Virus genome (UHGV): UHGV-0114450
Origin: a virus
Strand: one strand, 5' to 3'
Length of the DNA: 37,666 nucleotides
The notes beneath the pieces were generated by a model. The model ran no database searches, was not told the origin of the DNA, and was given only the letters and a program-made list of their open reading frames with translations. This document shows, in pieces, positions 16,478 through 25,231 of this stretch (positions within the stretch are counted from its first letter, which is position 1; every line of letters starts with the position of its first letter). The translations under genes and the position numbers were made by a program.

Positions 16478-18215
16478 AAACTCTGTTTTTTGCGAAATAA
16501 TCTTTTATCATTTTTACAATTTCTTCTGGAACTTCTTTCGCTTTTTCTCCACCTTCCATGTATGCGGCAAAATTTTCAGCCCATGCTTCCGATCTTTTTG
16601 ACACTCGTACATTTTGAGTAGTAGATGCATAACTAGATATTTTCACGGACAATTCGTCCAATTCTTTTGTTGCTGACAATGCTTTCGATAATGATTGATT
16701 CGTGTTAAAATCAACTGCATGACCAAGCTCGTGTGCTACTGTACCAGAAAAAGTTGTAGTAGCATAGTAATCTCTGTTTGTCTTCCATTTAAATTTATAA
16801 CGGATATTATCTTCAAGCTGTTTTTGCTCAAATGCTTTCATATTGCCGGACTTTTTCAAAAAAATTGTATTGGTTGCATCATCGTACTTTGCATATACAC
16901 CGGATGGTGTACCACCAAATTTTACTTTCAACCCTTTTATCGTTCCTGACTTCATTTTTTCGAATTTATCCATTACCTTAACGGCTGCACGGATATAATC
17001 TGCATTTGCACCACTAAAGCCTACAAACTCCGTTTGCAGCGAACTGTTTGCATAGTCCTTTAATTCATCTAAACTCATTGCCGAAAAATCTACATTCACT
17101 ATTTTATTTTTTTTCTTAGATGGTGAATGAGTAGATTTCTTGCTTATCGTAATTCCAGAATCTTTAACTAAAGAATCATATTGTTGTTTTAATGCCGCAA
17201 CTTTTTTCGGATCATTTCCAAAAAGCATTTCTTTTTCTAATTCTGATTTAACATCACTCATCTGCTTTTTAATCTCTTTCTCTGATGCACTCAAATATTT
17301 TTCCCTAAACTCTTCAAAATCTTTAGTCTTATCTAGTCCAAAAAAAGCAGCACGTTCTTTTAGAGTTCCCAACTCATCCTCATCTAACGCCCATTTTGCG
17401 CGTTGCAACAGACAGCACCGGCAGTTGCAGTCCTCTGCAGGATCTCCGAACATGCCCGGCGCGTCGGCTTTCTTTCCGTTCACTTCGAAAGATTCATCCA
17501 GTTCCCGAATCTGTCCGTCCAGCATCCGGTGTGTTTCCCGGGTTCGATCATCCAGCACCGCGTCCCACTGCTTCACGACATCTGCCCCCGCATCTTTAGC
17601 CGCCTGCTGAGCATCCATTGCTGACTGTACCTGCACACGGTGCCCCTCTGTCCTTGTGATCAGCATTGCACGGCTGAATGCTGTGGAAAACGGCGTGTTC
17701 TTGAAAGACTTGCTCAGTTTCCCTGCTACCTCATTCCAGGATGATCCGTTGGCGATTCCCCGCGACAGTTCCGCACGGATGGACGTTTTCAGCTTTCCAA
17801 CGTCCTCTCCCAGTCGGTTATACAGTCCCTTACTGATTTTCGAATCCGTCTGTATTGCCCTTGTGACGGCCTTCTGGTCGATCGGCATGATGACGGGGAT
17901 GCCTTGCCCGTGAATGTCGTACATAGCGCCAATATAGCCGTTCTGATAGCACTGCGTAAGGTATTCCGATATCGTAGCATAGGAATTTGACTGCAGAGCC
18001 GTCAGCACGCCTTCCAGCTGAGCCTTCAGTGCTTCCTGGTACTGCTTCTGGTAGACGATGGACTGCAGGTTTTCCATATCAGTACGGGCTGACAGCTCGC
18101 GGATTTTCGCTTCACAGTCTTTCAGTGCCTGGCTATATACCTGTTTCAGTTCCCGCAACGTCTTTTTTTCTGCATCAAGCTGCGCCTGCAGGACTTCCTT
18201 CTGCCGTTTATTCAT
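16476..18215 (-). CDS. Minor head protein (MuF/SPP1 gp7 family) with C-terminal HEXXH zincin-like extension
   Basis: MuF motifs ITRTE, KQWDAVLDDRTRETH and CNCRC. C-terminal VAHELGHAVD...SEAWAENFAAY. Confidence 0.9.
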   Translation of the reverse strand: MNKRQKEVLQAQLDAEKKTLRELKQVYSQALKDCEAKIRELSARTDMENLQSIVYQKQYQEALKAQLEGVLTALQSNSYATISEYLTQCYQNGYIGAMYDIHGQGIPVIMPIDQKAVTRAIQTDSKISKGLYNRLGEDVGKLKTSIRAELSRGIANGSSWNEVAGKLSKSFKNTPFSTAFSRAMLITRTEGHRVQVQSAMDAQQAAKDAGADVVKQWDAVLDDRTRETHRMLDGQIRELDESFEVNGKKADAPGMFGDPAEDCNCRCCLLQRAKWALDEDELGTLKERAAFFGLDKTKDFEEFREKYLSASEKEIKKQMSDVKSELEKEMLFGNDPKKVAALKQQYDSLVKDSGITISKKSTHSPSKKKNKIVNVDFSAMSLDELKDYANSSLQTEFVGFSGANADYIRAAVKVMDKFEKMKSGTIKGLKVKFGGTPSGVYAKYDDATNTIFLKKSGNMKAFEQKQLEDNIRYKFKWKTNRDYYATTTFSGTVAHELGHAVDFNTNQSLSKALSATKELDELSVKISSYASTTQNVRVSKRSEAWAENFAAYMEGGEKAKEVPEEIVKMIKDYFAKNRV

Positions 18216-19662
18216 CTGTAATCACTCCATCCAACATGTTCTGCGCCTGCGTTACTGATTTCTCTGCCTCTTCCGGATCCGGCAGCTTGCCCTTGATTTC
18301 CTCATAATCGATATCGAGGGCATAGCAGATTAACTGCATCATGGTTTCATTATCCAGATTTGCCGCAAGAGACAGCAGGGTATTGATCTGTGTCTGCTGT
18401 TTCTGAGCTTCCGTCAGCTCGATCTGGGCGTTTTCCTGCTGGTTGGACATAATCTCATGGTCGAAACGGAAATATACCTGCGACGGCTGATAATCTGTAC
18501 CATCGGCGGTGTTGATTTCGTCCAGCACCAACCGCAGGATCTTACGAAGAAACTGCTTCAGTTTGATTTCCAGCTTGGAACATTTCAGATCCAGCAAGGA
18601 ATATGCAGCTTTGATGGCAATATTCGTTGTCGCGTTAGTATCTTTCAGCCCGGCCATGTTCAGCCCCATGCCGAAACGATAGATGTTCTTTTCATCCAGA
18701 TTCAACTTTGCTTCCCGTGCCTGGTACGGTACATCAACCGTTTTGATATCGATGCCGCCGTCATCATCCACGCCGACAATCTTCTTTGTTTTGAGATTGG
18801 TCTGCAATTCATCCAGATTATCGCCCTCGTAGCCCTTTACAACATGGAGCGGTGTATCGAAATCCTTCAAGTTGTTGGACAGACTGGAAGCCATCATGTC
18901 ATAATCATCGATCAGCTCCTTGACGGTCCGCAGGCTGCTGAACTGCTTCTTGTTGTTGTCCAGGCGGAAAAACGGGATAAAGCCGAACCCCTTGTAATAG
19001 ATGGCATTGTCGCCCTCTTTTTTGTAGAGTGTGTGCGGTTTTGGATTGATTTTCTCGGATTCATCCTCGATAATCTTTCCGTTGTTCGACTGTACGTAAA
19101 ACCAAACCTGCTTATCGTCCCATACCTGAATACGCTTGATTTCCTTGTGCCCCTTGTCGATGCGATCGATATACCAGTAAATAACATAGGCACATCCATC
19201 GTCCGTGTCTTTTTCTCTTACTTCGATCACTCCGATGGAATCGGCGCACTGGAAGGACAGCTTATCCTGCTCGTTCCTGTAAGCGAACATGTACTCAAAA
19301 CCTTTGGTCTGGCTTCCGGTCAGTGTATCAGACAGTTCCGCAGTAAAATCTTCATTTTCGTTGAAATATTCATCCAGCATCTTCTGAAGCGTCGGATCAT
19401 CTGACCGAAAGATGCCTTCCTCGCCAGACAAAATATACTGCACCGCCTGATCCACCAGCTCTGTGAAGAACGGATGCGGGATCTTGACGTTGCTTCTGGT
19501 CTTGTCCTCTTTCAGATCTCCATTGGCATCAAAATAGAACAGCCGGTAATATCTGATGTCATGATCCCCATCATAGTACGCTTGACCTTTCCGCGCCCAT
19601 CTTTTCTTCTCTGAGGATGCATCATCCTCCATAATTCTCTGGATTTCTTCGACTGATAACAT
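18208..19662 (-). CDS. Portal protein (SPP1 gp6-like)
   Basis: YYDGDHDI, NVKIPHPFFTELVDQ and LIDDYD motifs. Follows TerL. Confidence 0.92.
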   Translation of the reverse strand: MLSVEEIQRIMEDDASSEKKRWARKGQAYYDGDHDIRYYRLFYFDANGDLKEDKTRSNVKIPHPFFTELVDQAVQYILSGEEGIFRSDDPTLQKMLDEYFNENEDFTAELSDTLTGSQTKGFEYMFAYRNEQDKLSFQCADSIGVIEVREKDTDDGCAYVIYWYIDRIDKGHKEIKRIQVWDDKQVWFYVQSNNGKIIEDESEKINPKPHTLYKKEGDNAIYYKGFGFIPFFRLDNNKKQFSSLRTVKELIDDYDMMASSLSNNLKDFDTPLHVVKGYEGDNLDELQTNLKTKKIVGVDDDGGIDIKTVDVPYQAREAKLNLDEKNIYRFGMGLNMAGLKDTNATTNIAIKAAYSLLDLKCSKLEIKLKQFLRKILRLVLDEINTADGTDYQPSQVYFRFDHEIMSNQQENAQIELTEAQKQQTQINTLLSLAANLDNETMMQLICYALDIDYEEIKGKLPDPEEAEKSVTQAQNMLDGVITDE

Positions 19663-19677
19663 GTCCCACCTCCTGCT

Positions 19678-20937
19678 CTACACAAGCCATTTTCTTTGTT
19701 TACGCCATCCCTCAACTCCATACCTCAACGCCGCCATTGCATCATCTTGAAACGGAACCGGTTCGTCCGTATATTCGCCTGTTGTTTCGTCCTTTTTCCA
19801 TTTCCACTGTTGCAGCTCCTTGATCGTATTGACACAGTGCGGTGCCACGTAGATTCTACGCTTCACAACGTGTTTCTTGTCAGCTACGCCTTTCAACCAG
19901 TCGATCTGCGCTTTTACAGAACCATTTGAGCCGCCTTTGTCAACTCCCTTTGCCCTATAGCCTGCATTCTTCCATGTTTTGATTCTGTCCGGTTCAGCAG
20001 AATCACACCACATTGTCCGATTGGTAGGAATCGCATGTTGGATGGCAAGCGGAATAAGCTCCGCCGTCTCTTTCTCATGTTCATATATTTCATCTAAAAT
20101 ATAGATGTCATCATCCTTGATTCCCAAAAGCAGAATAGCGTCTGCATGGTTGAAACCGAAATCCTGACCAATTGCAATATCATCATAATCATTCAGATTC
20201 TGTGATACTTCCGCAACTTCCCAGTTGTGAAGAATCAGGCCGCCGATCTCTCCCCACTCACCAAGACCGTAAATCTGGTATCCTTCCGGATCCACGATCT
20301 TTCGACGTTCCATACGCTGCCGATATGCGTCGTCAATAAACCGGTTTCCAAGATACGTGCTGTGATGCGTAAGGACGTTGGGATCTGGAATATCGAAAAA
20401 GACCTTCTTGATCCAGTGATTTTTGTTTACTGGATTGAAGGTCATTCTGATTTGATAAAATTGTCCTTCTGGAAGCTCACCGCGCAAACGGTCATCGATG
20501 ATTTCAAGATCTGCCTGCGTCAGTTCCGTTGCTTCTTCACACCAAATATCTGTCAATTTTCCACGCTGAAACGTAATTGATTTCAGTTTTTCACGCTGCT
20601 TATCATCATTCATCCCGCGAAAAATGATCTGATTGCCATTGGTACGGCAAGTCAGTTTCAACGGTGACATATTGATCTGCCAGTACCGATCAGCTTTATC
20701 TTCAAACATCCGATACACCGCACCAGTCAGCTCCGCAAAAGTGCTGTCACGGTTCGTAATATCAGATTTTCGGATGCAGACCAGATTCCGGCCTTTATCC
20801 TTCATCAACCGCAGGATATAATTCTGCGCCGTATCAACGCTCTTCCCCGATCCGGCAGAGCCTTTCATAACAATATACCGTTTTCGGCTGCGGTCAACTT
20901 CTTTGAAGCCTGGGTTCATCTGGACGTTTATGTTCAT
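19678..20937 (-). CDS. terL: Terminase large subunit (PBSX family)
   Basis: Walker A GSAGSGKS, Walker B IWCEEA, TFNP, nuclease GQDFGF and DDAMAALRYG. Confidence 0.95.
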   Translation of the reverse strand: MNINVQMNPGFKEVDRSRKRYIVMKGSAGSGKSVDTAQNYILRLMKDKGRNLVCIRKSDITNRDSTFAELTGAVYRMFEDKADRYWQINMSPLKLTCRTNGNQIIFRGMNDDKQREKLKSITFQRGKLTDIWCEEATELTQADLEIIDDRLRGELPEGQFYQIRMTFNPVNKNHWIKKVFFDIPDPNVLTHHSTYLGNRFIDDAYRQRMERRKIVDPEGYQIYGLGEWGEIGGLILHNWEVAEVSQNLNDYDDIAIGQDFGFNHADAILLLGIKDDDIYILDEIYEHEKETAELIPLAIQHAIPTNRTMWCDSAEPDRIKTWKNAGYRAKGVDKGGSNGSVKAQIDWLKGVADKKHVVKRRIYVAPHCVNTIKELQQWKWKKDETTGEYTDEPVPFQDDAMAALRYGVEGWRKQRKWLV

Positions 20938-21449
20938 CCGGAATCGTCCTCTCCGTAATTAATTGTGATGTTGAGATCCATATCTGTATCCAGCTCAACT
21001 TTATCCTTGAACATACCAAGGTGTTTTCCAAGAAGCTCCAGTGCTCTCATCTTATCATTTAATCGGACTTCCCTTTCAACTGACGATCCTTTTTCACCAT
21101 CCATAGTTTTAACTTTTACTGACTGAATACATGCCAAATCATCTTCTGTGGCATCTGCTCGAATAGAAGCATCTTCAGAATTGATTACTTTTTGCGGATT
21201 CACAAAAGCTATTCGCGCCAGTTCTTGGATTACTCTGTCTTGGTTGATACCTGTCCTTTTTGACCTTTCGGCCATTGCCTGCTGAATCGCTTCTGAAACT
21301 GGAGTTTTCTGGAGTAATTCATTTCCTATTTCGCTGGCTCTTTGTGAGTTTCCTGCTTTATAGCCAGCTCTGATCGCGGCCTGCGTTGCATTCAGGTCGA
21401 TCAGATACTCCTCAACAAATCTCTGCTGCTTTGCAGTCAATTTTGCCAT
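20934..21449 (-). CDS. terS: Terminase small subunit
   Basis: LTAKQQRFVEEYLIDLNATQAAIRAGY and ALELLGKHLGMF. ATG at 21449. Confidence 0.95.
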   Translation of the reverse strand: MAKLTAKQQRFVEEYLIDLNATQAAIRAGYKAGNSQRASEIGNELLQKTPVSEAIQQAMAERSKRTGINQDRVIQELARIAFVNPQKVINSEDASIRADATEDDLACIQSVKVKTMDGEKGSSVEREVRLNDKMRALELLGKHLGMFKDKVELDTDMDLNITINYGEDDSG

Positions 21450-21480
21450 CCTGCAACACCGCCTTTCTGTTTCTGCACGC

Positions 21481-21507
21481 AAAAATTCCCCGCATCTCTG
21501 CGAGGAA
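21481..21507 (-). terminator. Intrinsic terminator between the tRNA-like element and terS
   Basis: TTCCTCGCA-GAGA-TGCGGGGAA-TTTTT. Confidence 0.7.
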
Positions 21508-21552
21508 TCCTTATAAGAGTAACAAATCGGAGAATCTCCATCCACTGGAGAG

Positions 21553-21624
21553 TTGGAACGGCAGGACTCGAACCTGCGCCCTTGTCACTCATGCGACTGC
21601 TTCTTCCTTCTGAGCTACGTTCCA
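21553..21624 (-). tRNA. Degenerate tRNA (probably Met-CAT derived) with shortened anticodon loop
   Basis: Acceptor stem TGGAACG/CGTTCCA, TAGCTCAG D-arm start, T arm GCAGG-TTCGAGT-CCTGC. Anticodon arm GTCGC-ATGA-GTGAC has only a 4-nt loop. No encoded CCA. Confidence 0.75.
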
Positions 21625-21797
21625 GGTGACGCATGGTACCAAGTTGCGCCGTGCATCATTCGATTACTCGGACATTTTCCGCGGGCTGATGCCGCCCCAA
21701 TCAACGGCCAGGCTGTAACACCTGACCGCCGCTCAAAATACATTCACAAGGAGGTAAAGAAAAGATGAAACCCTTCCTGCCGTTCTATCCATGATAC

Positions 21798-21839
21798 ACT
21801 ATAACATTTTGAAAACGAACATTGCGAACAAAACGAACA
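21798..21839 (-). promoter_or_regulatory. Putative activator-dependent late promoter
   Basis: Three TGTTCG direct repeats at 9-bp period in place of a -35, then an extended -10 TGtTATAGT. Immediately downstream of the late activator gene. Confidence 0.7.
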
Positions 21840-21864
21840 AACTTTCATTTTCTCTCAAATTTTT

Positions 21865-22287
21865 CTATGCCGCCTCCATGAACCTCAGATATTCCATCCG
21901 CACGCTATCTGCGGTTGCCTTTCTTCCGAGCTTTGCCGCCACCTGGCTCCAGCTCATCTCCTCGAAGACTCTGTACTTGATGATCCGCTGCATCCTCTGT
22001 GGAATGTGGTTCATCCACTGCTCCACCTCCACTTTCAGCCGATGCGCCTGCTCCCGGCGCTCTTCCAGAATCTTCTCCTCATGCCGCAGGCGGGCATCCT
22101 CCTCATAGGTGAACGCTGTTCCCGCAATCTTGAAGTGCTGCGGGTTGTACGGAAAATCTGGATTGCTCCCGGATACATTCGTCTGCACAATAGTCTGCCG
22201 CTTCTTTTTCAGCCGTCTAATGTCCTTTTCCGTCTCTTTGATCAGCTCGCATGCGTCTATGTACTGCTCCAGAACCTTTTTCTCCAT
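21865..22287 (-). CDS. Late transcriptional activator (RinA/ArpU-like, sigma region-4-like HTH)
   Basis: Last early gene before the packaging module. C-terminal MQRIIKYRVFEEMSWSQVAAKLG. Confidence 0.8.
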   Translation of the reverse strand: MEKKVLEQYIDACELIKETEKDIRRLKKKRQTIVQTNVSGSNPDFPYNPQHFKIAGTAFTYEEDARLRHEEKILEERREQAHRLKVEVEQWMNHIPQRMQRIIKYRVFEEMSWSQVAAKLGRKATADSVRMEYLRFMEAA

Positions 22288-22477
22288 TGGTATCACCTCC
22301 CCACTTATGTTCTCTTCCGGTTGTTCTGTCTCTCATTCTGATTTCAACCAATTCCAGATGCGACACGTTCAGGACTTCCCGCACAGCCTTGACCACGTTC
22401 CAGATCGGTCTCGGCAGGCGGCTGGCACGATATATTGCCTGGTCTGCCGTTGGATCCCGATATCCTTCTCCGTTCAT
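22217..22477 (-). CDS. Conserved phage hypothetical protein
   Basis: MNGEGYRDPTADQAI start after GGAGG. The 3' end overlaps the next gene. Confidence 0.65.
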   Translation of the reverse strand: MNGEGYRDPTADQAIYRASRLPRPIWNVVKAVREVLNVSHLELVEIRMRDRTTGREHKWGGDTNGEKGSGAVHRRMRADQRDGKGH

Positions 22478-22520
22478 TTTTGTTCCTCCCATTGTTGTAC
22501 TGCCTATCACCTTTTTTGCT

Positions 22521-24032
22521 TTACGCAAATCTCAGTTGCTCCTGGCTGTCATCGATGTTAAGGTTCGGCACCCGCTCCCCTACTTTTAAGTACGAGCAGT
22601 TGGCTTCCACTAACTTTTCCGCCATGATCGGCACCACGCTGTTCCCGATCCGCGCCACCTGCTTTGACTTTGGGTACAGTTTCCAGTGGTAATCTTTATC
22701 TATGATGTAGTCTTTCGGAAATCCTTGCGCCAATTTTAACTCCTCCGGCTGCAGCATTCTCAGATAGATGTCCAGCAACACATATTCGCTTCCAAGAATC
22801 GTAATTAACGCAAACCTGTCTTTCGTTACTATCGTGTGTAATGGTTCACTTGTTGTCTGCCCTGTACCACAACCATAATATTCCATAATGAATTGTGATA
22901 CCCACGTAGCTTTCTGAGCTATTTCCGGCTTAATTCCAGCTTCTTTCAGTTCTTCACATTTCACTGCAAGAACCGAAACTTGTCCAAAATGTCCAGGACT
23001 TGTTGTAATCGTGTGCATTGGCTCACTCATCGGCTGTCCAACCCCCGATTTATAGAATTTTTCAAGAAACATAGCAACCAAACCGTAACGATTGCTCGTG
23101 TCGATCGTTTGCAGCGGATCTGCAATGTTCTGACCTCTTACCTCGTTCTTTGCAGTTTCCGAATGATACTGAATAATATATGGTGTTACCATTCCAAAGC
23201 CATGCTTTCCTGTAATTGTTGGTATCGGTTCGTGAATATCCTGTCCACGGAAGTTATCGCCGCCATGATTCACTTGCACTATAAATGGCTCTGGGTTATT
23301 AAAAACAAATTTTTCTAATCCTCTTGCCGTGCGTTTCATCGTATTTTGTGCAAGCGGTTTTTCCCGTCCAAAGATTGACTGTCCCAAGTCGCTGAAATTC
23401 AAGACTGATGCCACCGATACCCACCTTTGCTTTCCGTTTGTTCCATCCTTACTGTGTGTAGGTTCCGGCCACCGAATCTCTTTCCCATCCCGTCGGAACA
23501 CCGCATACCATCGTTTTCTTGTGGTCGGTGCTCCATAATCGGCAGCTACCAACTCCCGGCAGTCAAATATGTATCCAAGGCTTTTCATCGACCGGATGAA
23601 TTTCTGATAATCTTCACCCTTTTTCTCTGGGATCGGATATCCCTTTTCATCCAGCGGCCCCCACTGCTGTATTTCTTCCACATTTTCCATCAGAATCACA
23701 TCCGGCAGAATCTCTTTCGCATGCTTATACACCGCCCATGGAAGGATACGCAGACCGCGCTCCCTCGGTTTTCCGCCCTTGGCTTTTGAATGGCTCGTGC
23801 AGTCCGGACTCGCCCACATCAATGCCACATGCTGATCTTTGACGTATTTCCGCAGGTTGACCTTGAAAATATCCTCGGTCAGATGCAGCGTGTTCGGGTG
23901 ATTCGTCTTATGCATCAGAATGGCGTCTGGATCGTGATTGATCGCAATATCTACCGGTCTCCCCAGTGCCATCTCAATGCCAACGGAGGCACCGCCTCCG
24001 CCAGCAAAGCAATCTATAATCAACTCTTTCAT
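22521..24032 (-). CDS. C5-cytosine DNA methyltransferase
   Basis: Motif I FAGGGG, IV SPDC, VI ENV, VIII RKRW and X GNSV. ATG at 24032 is coupled to the upstream stop (ATGA). Confidence 0.93.
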   Translation of the reverse strand: MKELIIDCFAGGGGASVGIEMALGRPVDIAINHDPDAILMHKTNHPNTLHLTEDIFKVNLRKYVKDQHVALMWASPDCTSHSKAKGGKPRERGLRILPWAVYKHAKEILPDVILMENVEEIQQWGPLDEKGYPIPEKKGEDYQKFIRSMKSLGYIFDCRELVAADYGAPTTRKRWYAVFRRDGKEIRWPEPTHSKDGTNGKQRWVSVASVLNFSDLGQSIFGREKPLAQNTMKRTARGLEKFVFNNPEPFIVQVNHGGDNFRGQDIHEPIPTITGKHGFGMVTPYIIQYHSETAKNEVRGQNIADPLQTIDTSNRYGLVAMFLEKFYKSGVGQPMSEPMHTITTSPGHFGQVSVLAVKCEELKEAGIKPEIAQKATWVSQFIMEYYGCGTGQTTSEPLHTIVTKDRFALITILGSEYVLLDIYLRMLQPEELKLAQGFPKDYIIDKDYHWKLYPKSKQVARIGNSVVPIMAEKLVEANCSYLKVGERVPNLNIDDSQEQLRFA

Positions 24033-25231
24033 TTCAGAAAATCCTCCAAACTCATCTGCACCGCCGGAATGTCCTCCCACTGCACACCGATATAATCCAG
24101 GACTCTTCCCCAGCCATATTTCTCACCAGTATTCGGGTCCGTGCAGCAGCGATACATCCAGAATTCCCATTCTTTCGGGTTACGCTCCCGGAGCTTGTCA
24201 AACCGGTGCGGCCGCTGCTCCAGATGAATTCCAAAACCGCACATGCTACAGCCGGTTCTCTGTGCTCCTGTTGTGTATAATTCTCCATTCTGCCGCTTCG
24301 CTATCGTTCCATAGATTTCCGGCACGATGGATTCCAGCGGAACATATTCTTTCGGACTTCCGTCCCTATTCCGGCCGTATGGCTGCGCATGATACAGCTT
24401 CTCGAACAGCGCCAGATGCTCATGGTACCAGCGGTTCATATCCAGCGCCAACTGCAAAATATCCTGCCGCATGAAGATCGCAAAGGGAGCAGATCGTGTC
24501 ACCGTCTTGCCGTAATAATTGCAGCCATGATCGATTAACGCCTCTTCACGCTGTCCCCCTTCACTTGCCATAATTCCAAGGTAAGGACTGCTGTTATGGT
24601 TCTTCGCCCAGTCGTCGCAAGGTTTCTCTTTTAGCCAGTAACAACACTCATTCGAAATTTTAATGTCCGGCTCAGGCTTGCCATAGTTGACACCCTCGTT
24701 CTCGTTTTCATAACCACCAAACAATCTCAGCCATTTCTGCGGCAACTGCATGCGGCTGTTCTTAGCATAATGTCCCTGCGCGCCGCATTCACCGGTAATG
24801 ATCGCATGCCGCACCGTCTTATTGTTCTCTGTCGGATTCTGCAGTGTATTGATCCGCCCGGCGATCTTCTTGCTAATAACCGGAAATCCAATCTCATTCA
24901 AGATCGTGACCTTGCTCTTATACGATTTTACAATCTCAAGTCCCAGCGCTCTATGTACCTTTTGGATACTCTGATCCTCAATACCTGACACCGTAATGCC
25001 TGTAACATGGATGCCGATGCTATGCAGCCAGATATACAGCGTAATGCTGTCCAATCCGCCGACGCTCACATGGCAGCTCTTATCCTGGCTTTCCATCTCC
25101 GTCCAGAACTCCCATGCTCTTCTGGCCTGACGACGAACTTTCACTTCATACGGCAGATTCTGCTTTGCCGTGAAGATTGCTCTCTGTACCTTTTTCTGTT
25201 TTTTCCATTCTTCCGTGCTTAATTCTCCCAT
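24029..25231 (-). CDS. PAPS reductase-like (PP-loop, Fe-S) protein
   Basis: SVGGLDS PP-loop, CC pair (CCYWLKEKP) and RTGCSMC. Confidence 0.82.
   Translation of the reverse strand: MGELSTEEWKKQKKVQRAIFTAKQNLPYEVKVRRQARRAWEFWTEMESQDKSCHVSVGGLDSITLYIWLHSIGIHVTGITVSGIEDQSIQKVHRALGLEIVKSYKSKVTILNEIGFPVISKKIAGRINTLQNPTENNKTVRHAIITGECGAQGHYAKNSRMQLPQKWLRLFGGYENENEGVNYGKPEPDIKISNECCYWLKEKPCDDWAKNHNSSPYLGIMASEGGQREEALIDHGCNYYGKTVTRSAPFAIFMRQDILQLALDMNRWYHEHLALFEKLYHAQPYGRNRDGSPKEYVPLESIVPEIYGTIAKRQNGELYTTGAQRTGCSMCGFGIHLEQRPHRFDKLRERNPKEWEFWMYRCCTDPNTGEKYGWGRVLDYIGVQWEDIPAVQMSLEDFLK

Noticed and set aside
18457..19404. 315-aa + strand ORF and the many other + strand ORFs over structural and replication genes
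   Set aside because: Shadow frames opposite well-supported - strand genes, with no RBS or recognisable motifs.
21630..21700. HDV-like/theta ribozyme next to the tRNA (GCATCA/TGATGC pairing preceded by CGAA)
   Set aside because: No P3/L3 (UCC-type loop) or P1.1 can be formed. Theta ribozymes lie 3' of the tRNA and start with G, and the 3' flank here does not fit.
21748..21794. + strand AAGGAGGT followed by 9-codon ORF MKPFLPFYP
   Set aside because: Very short, with no promoter identified. Equally explained as an anti-SD stretch in the - strand leader.
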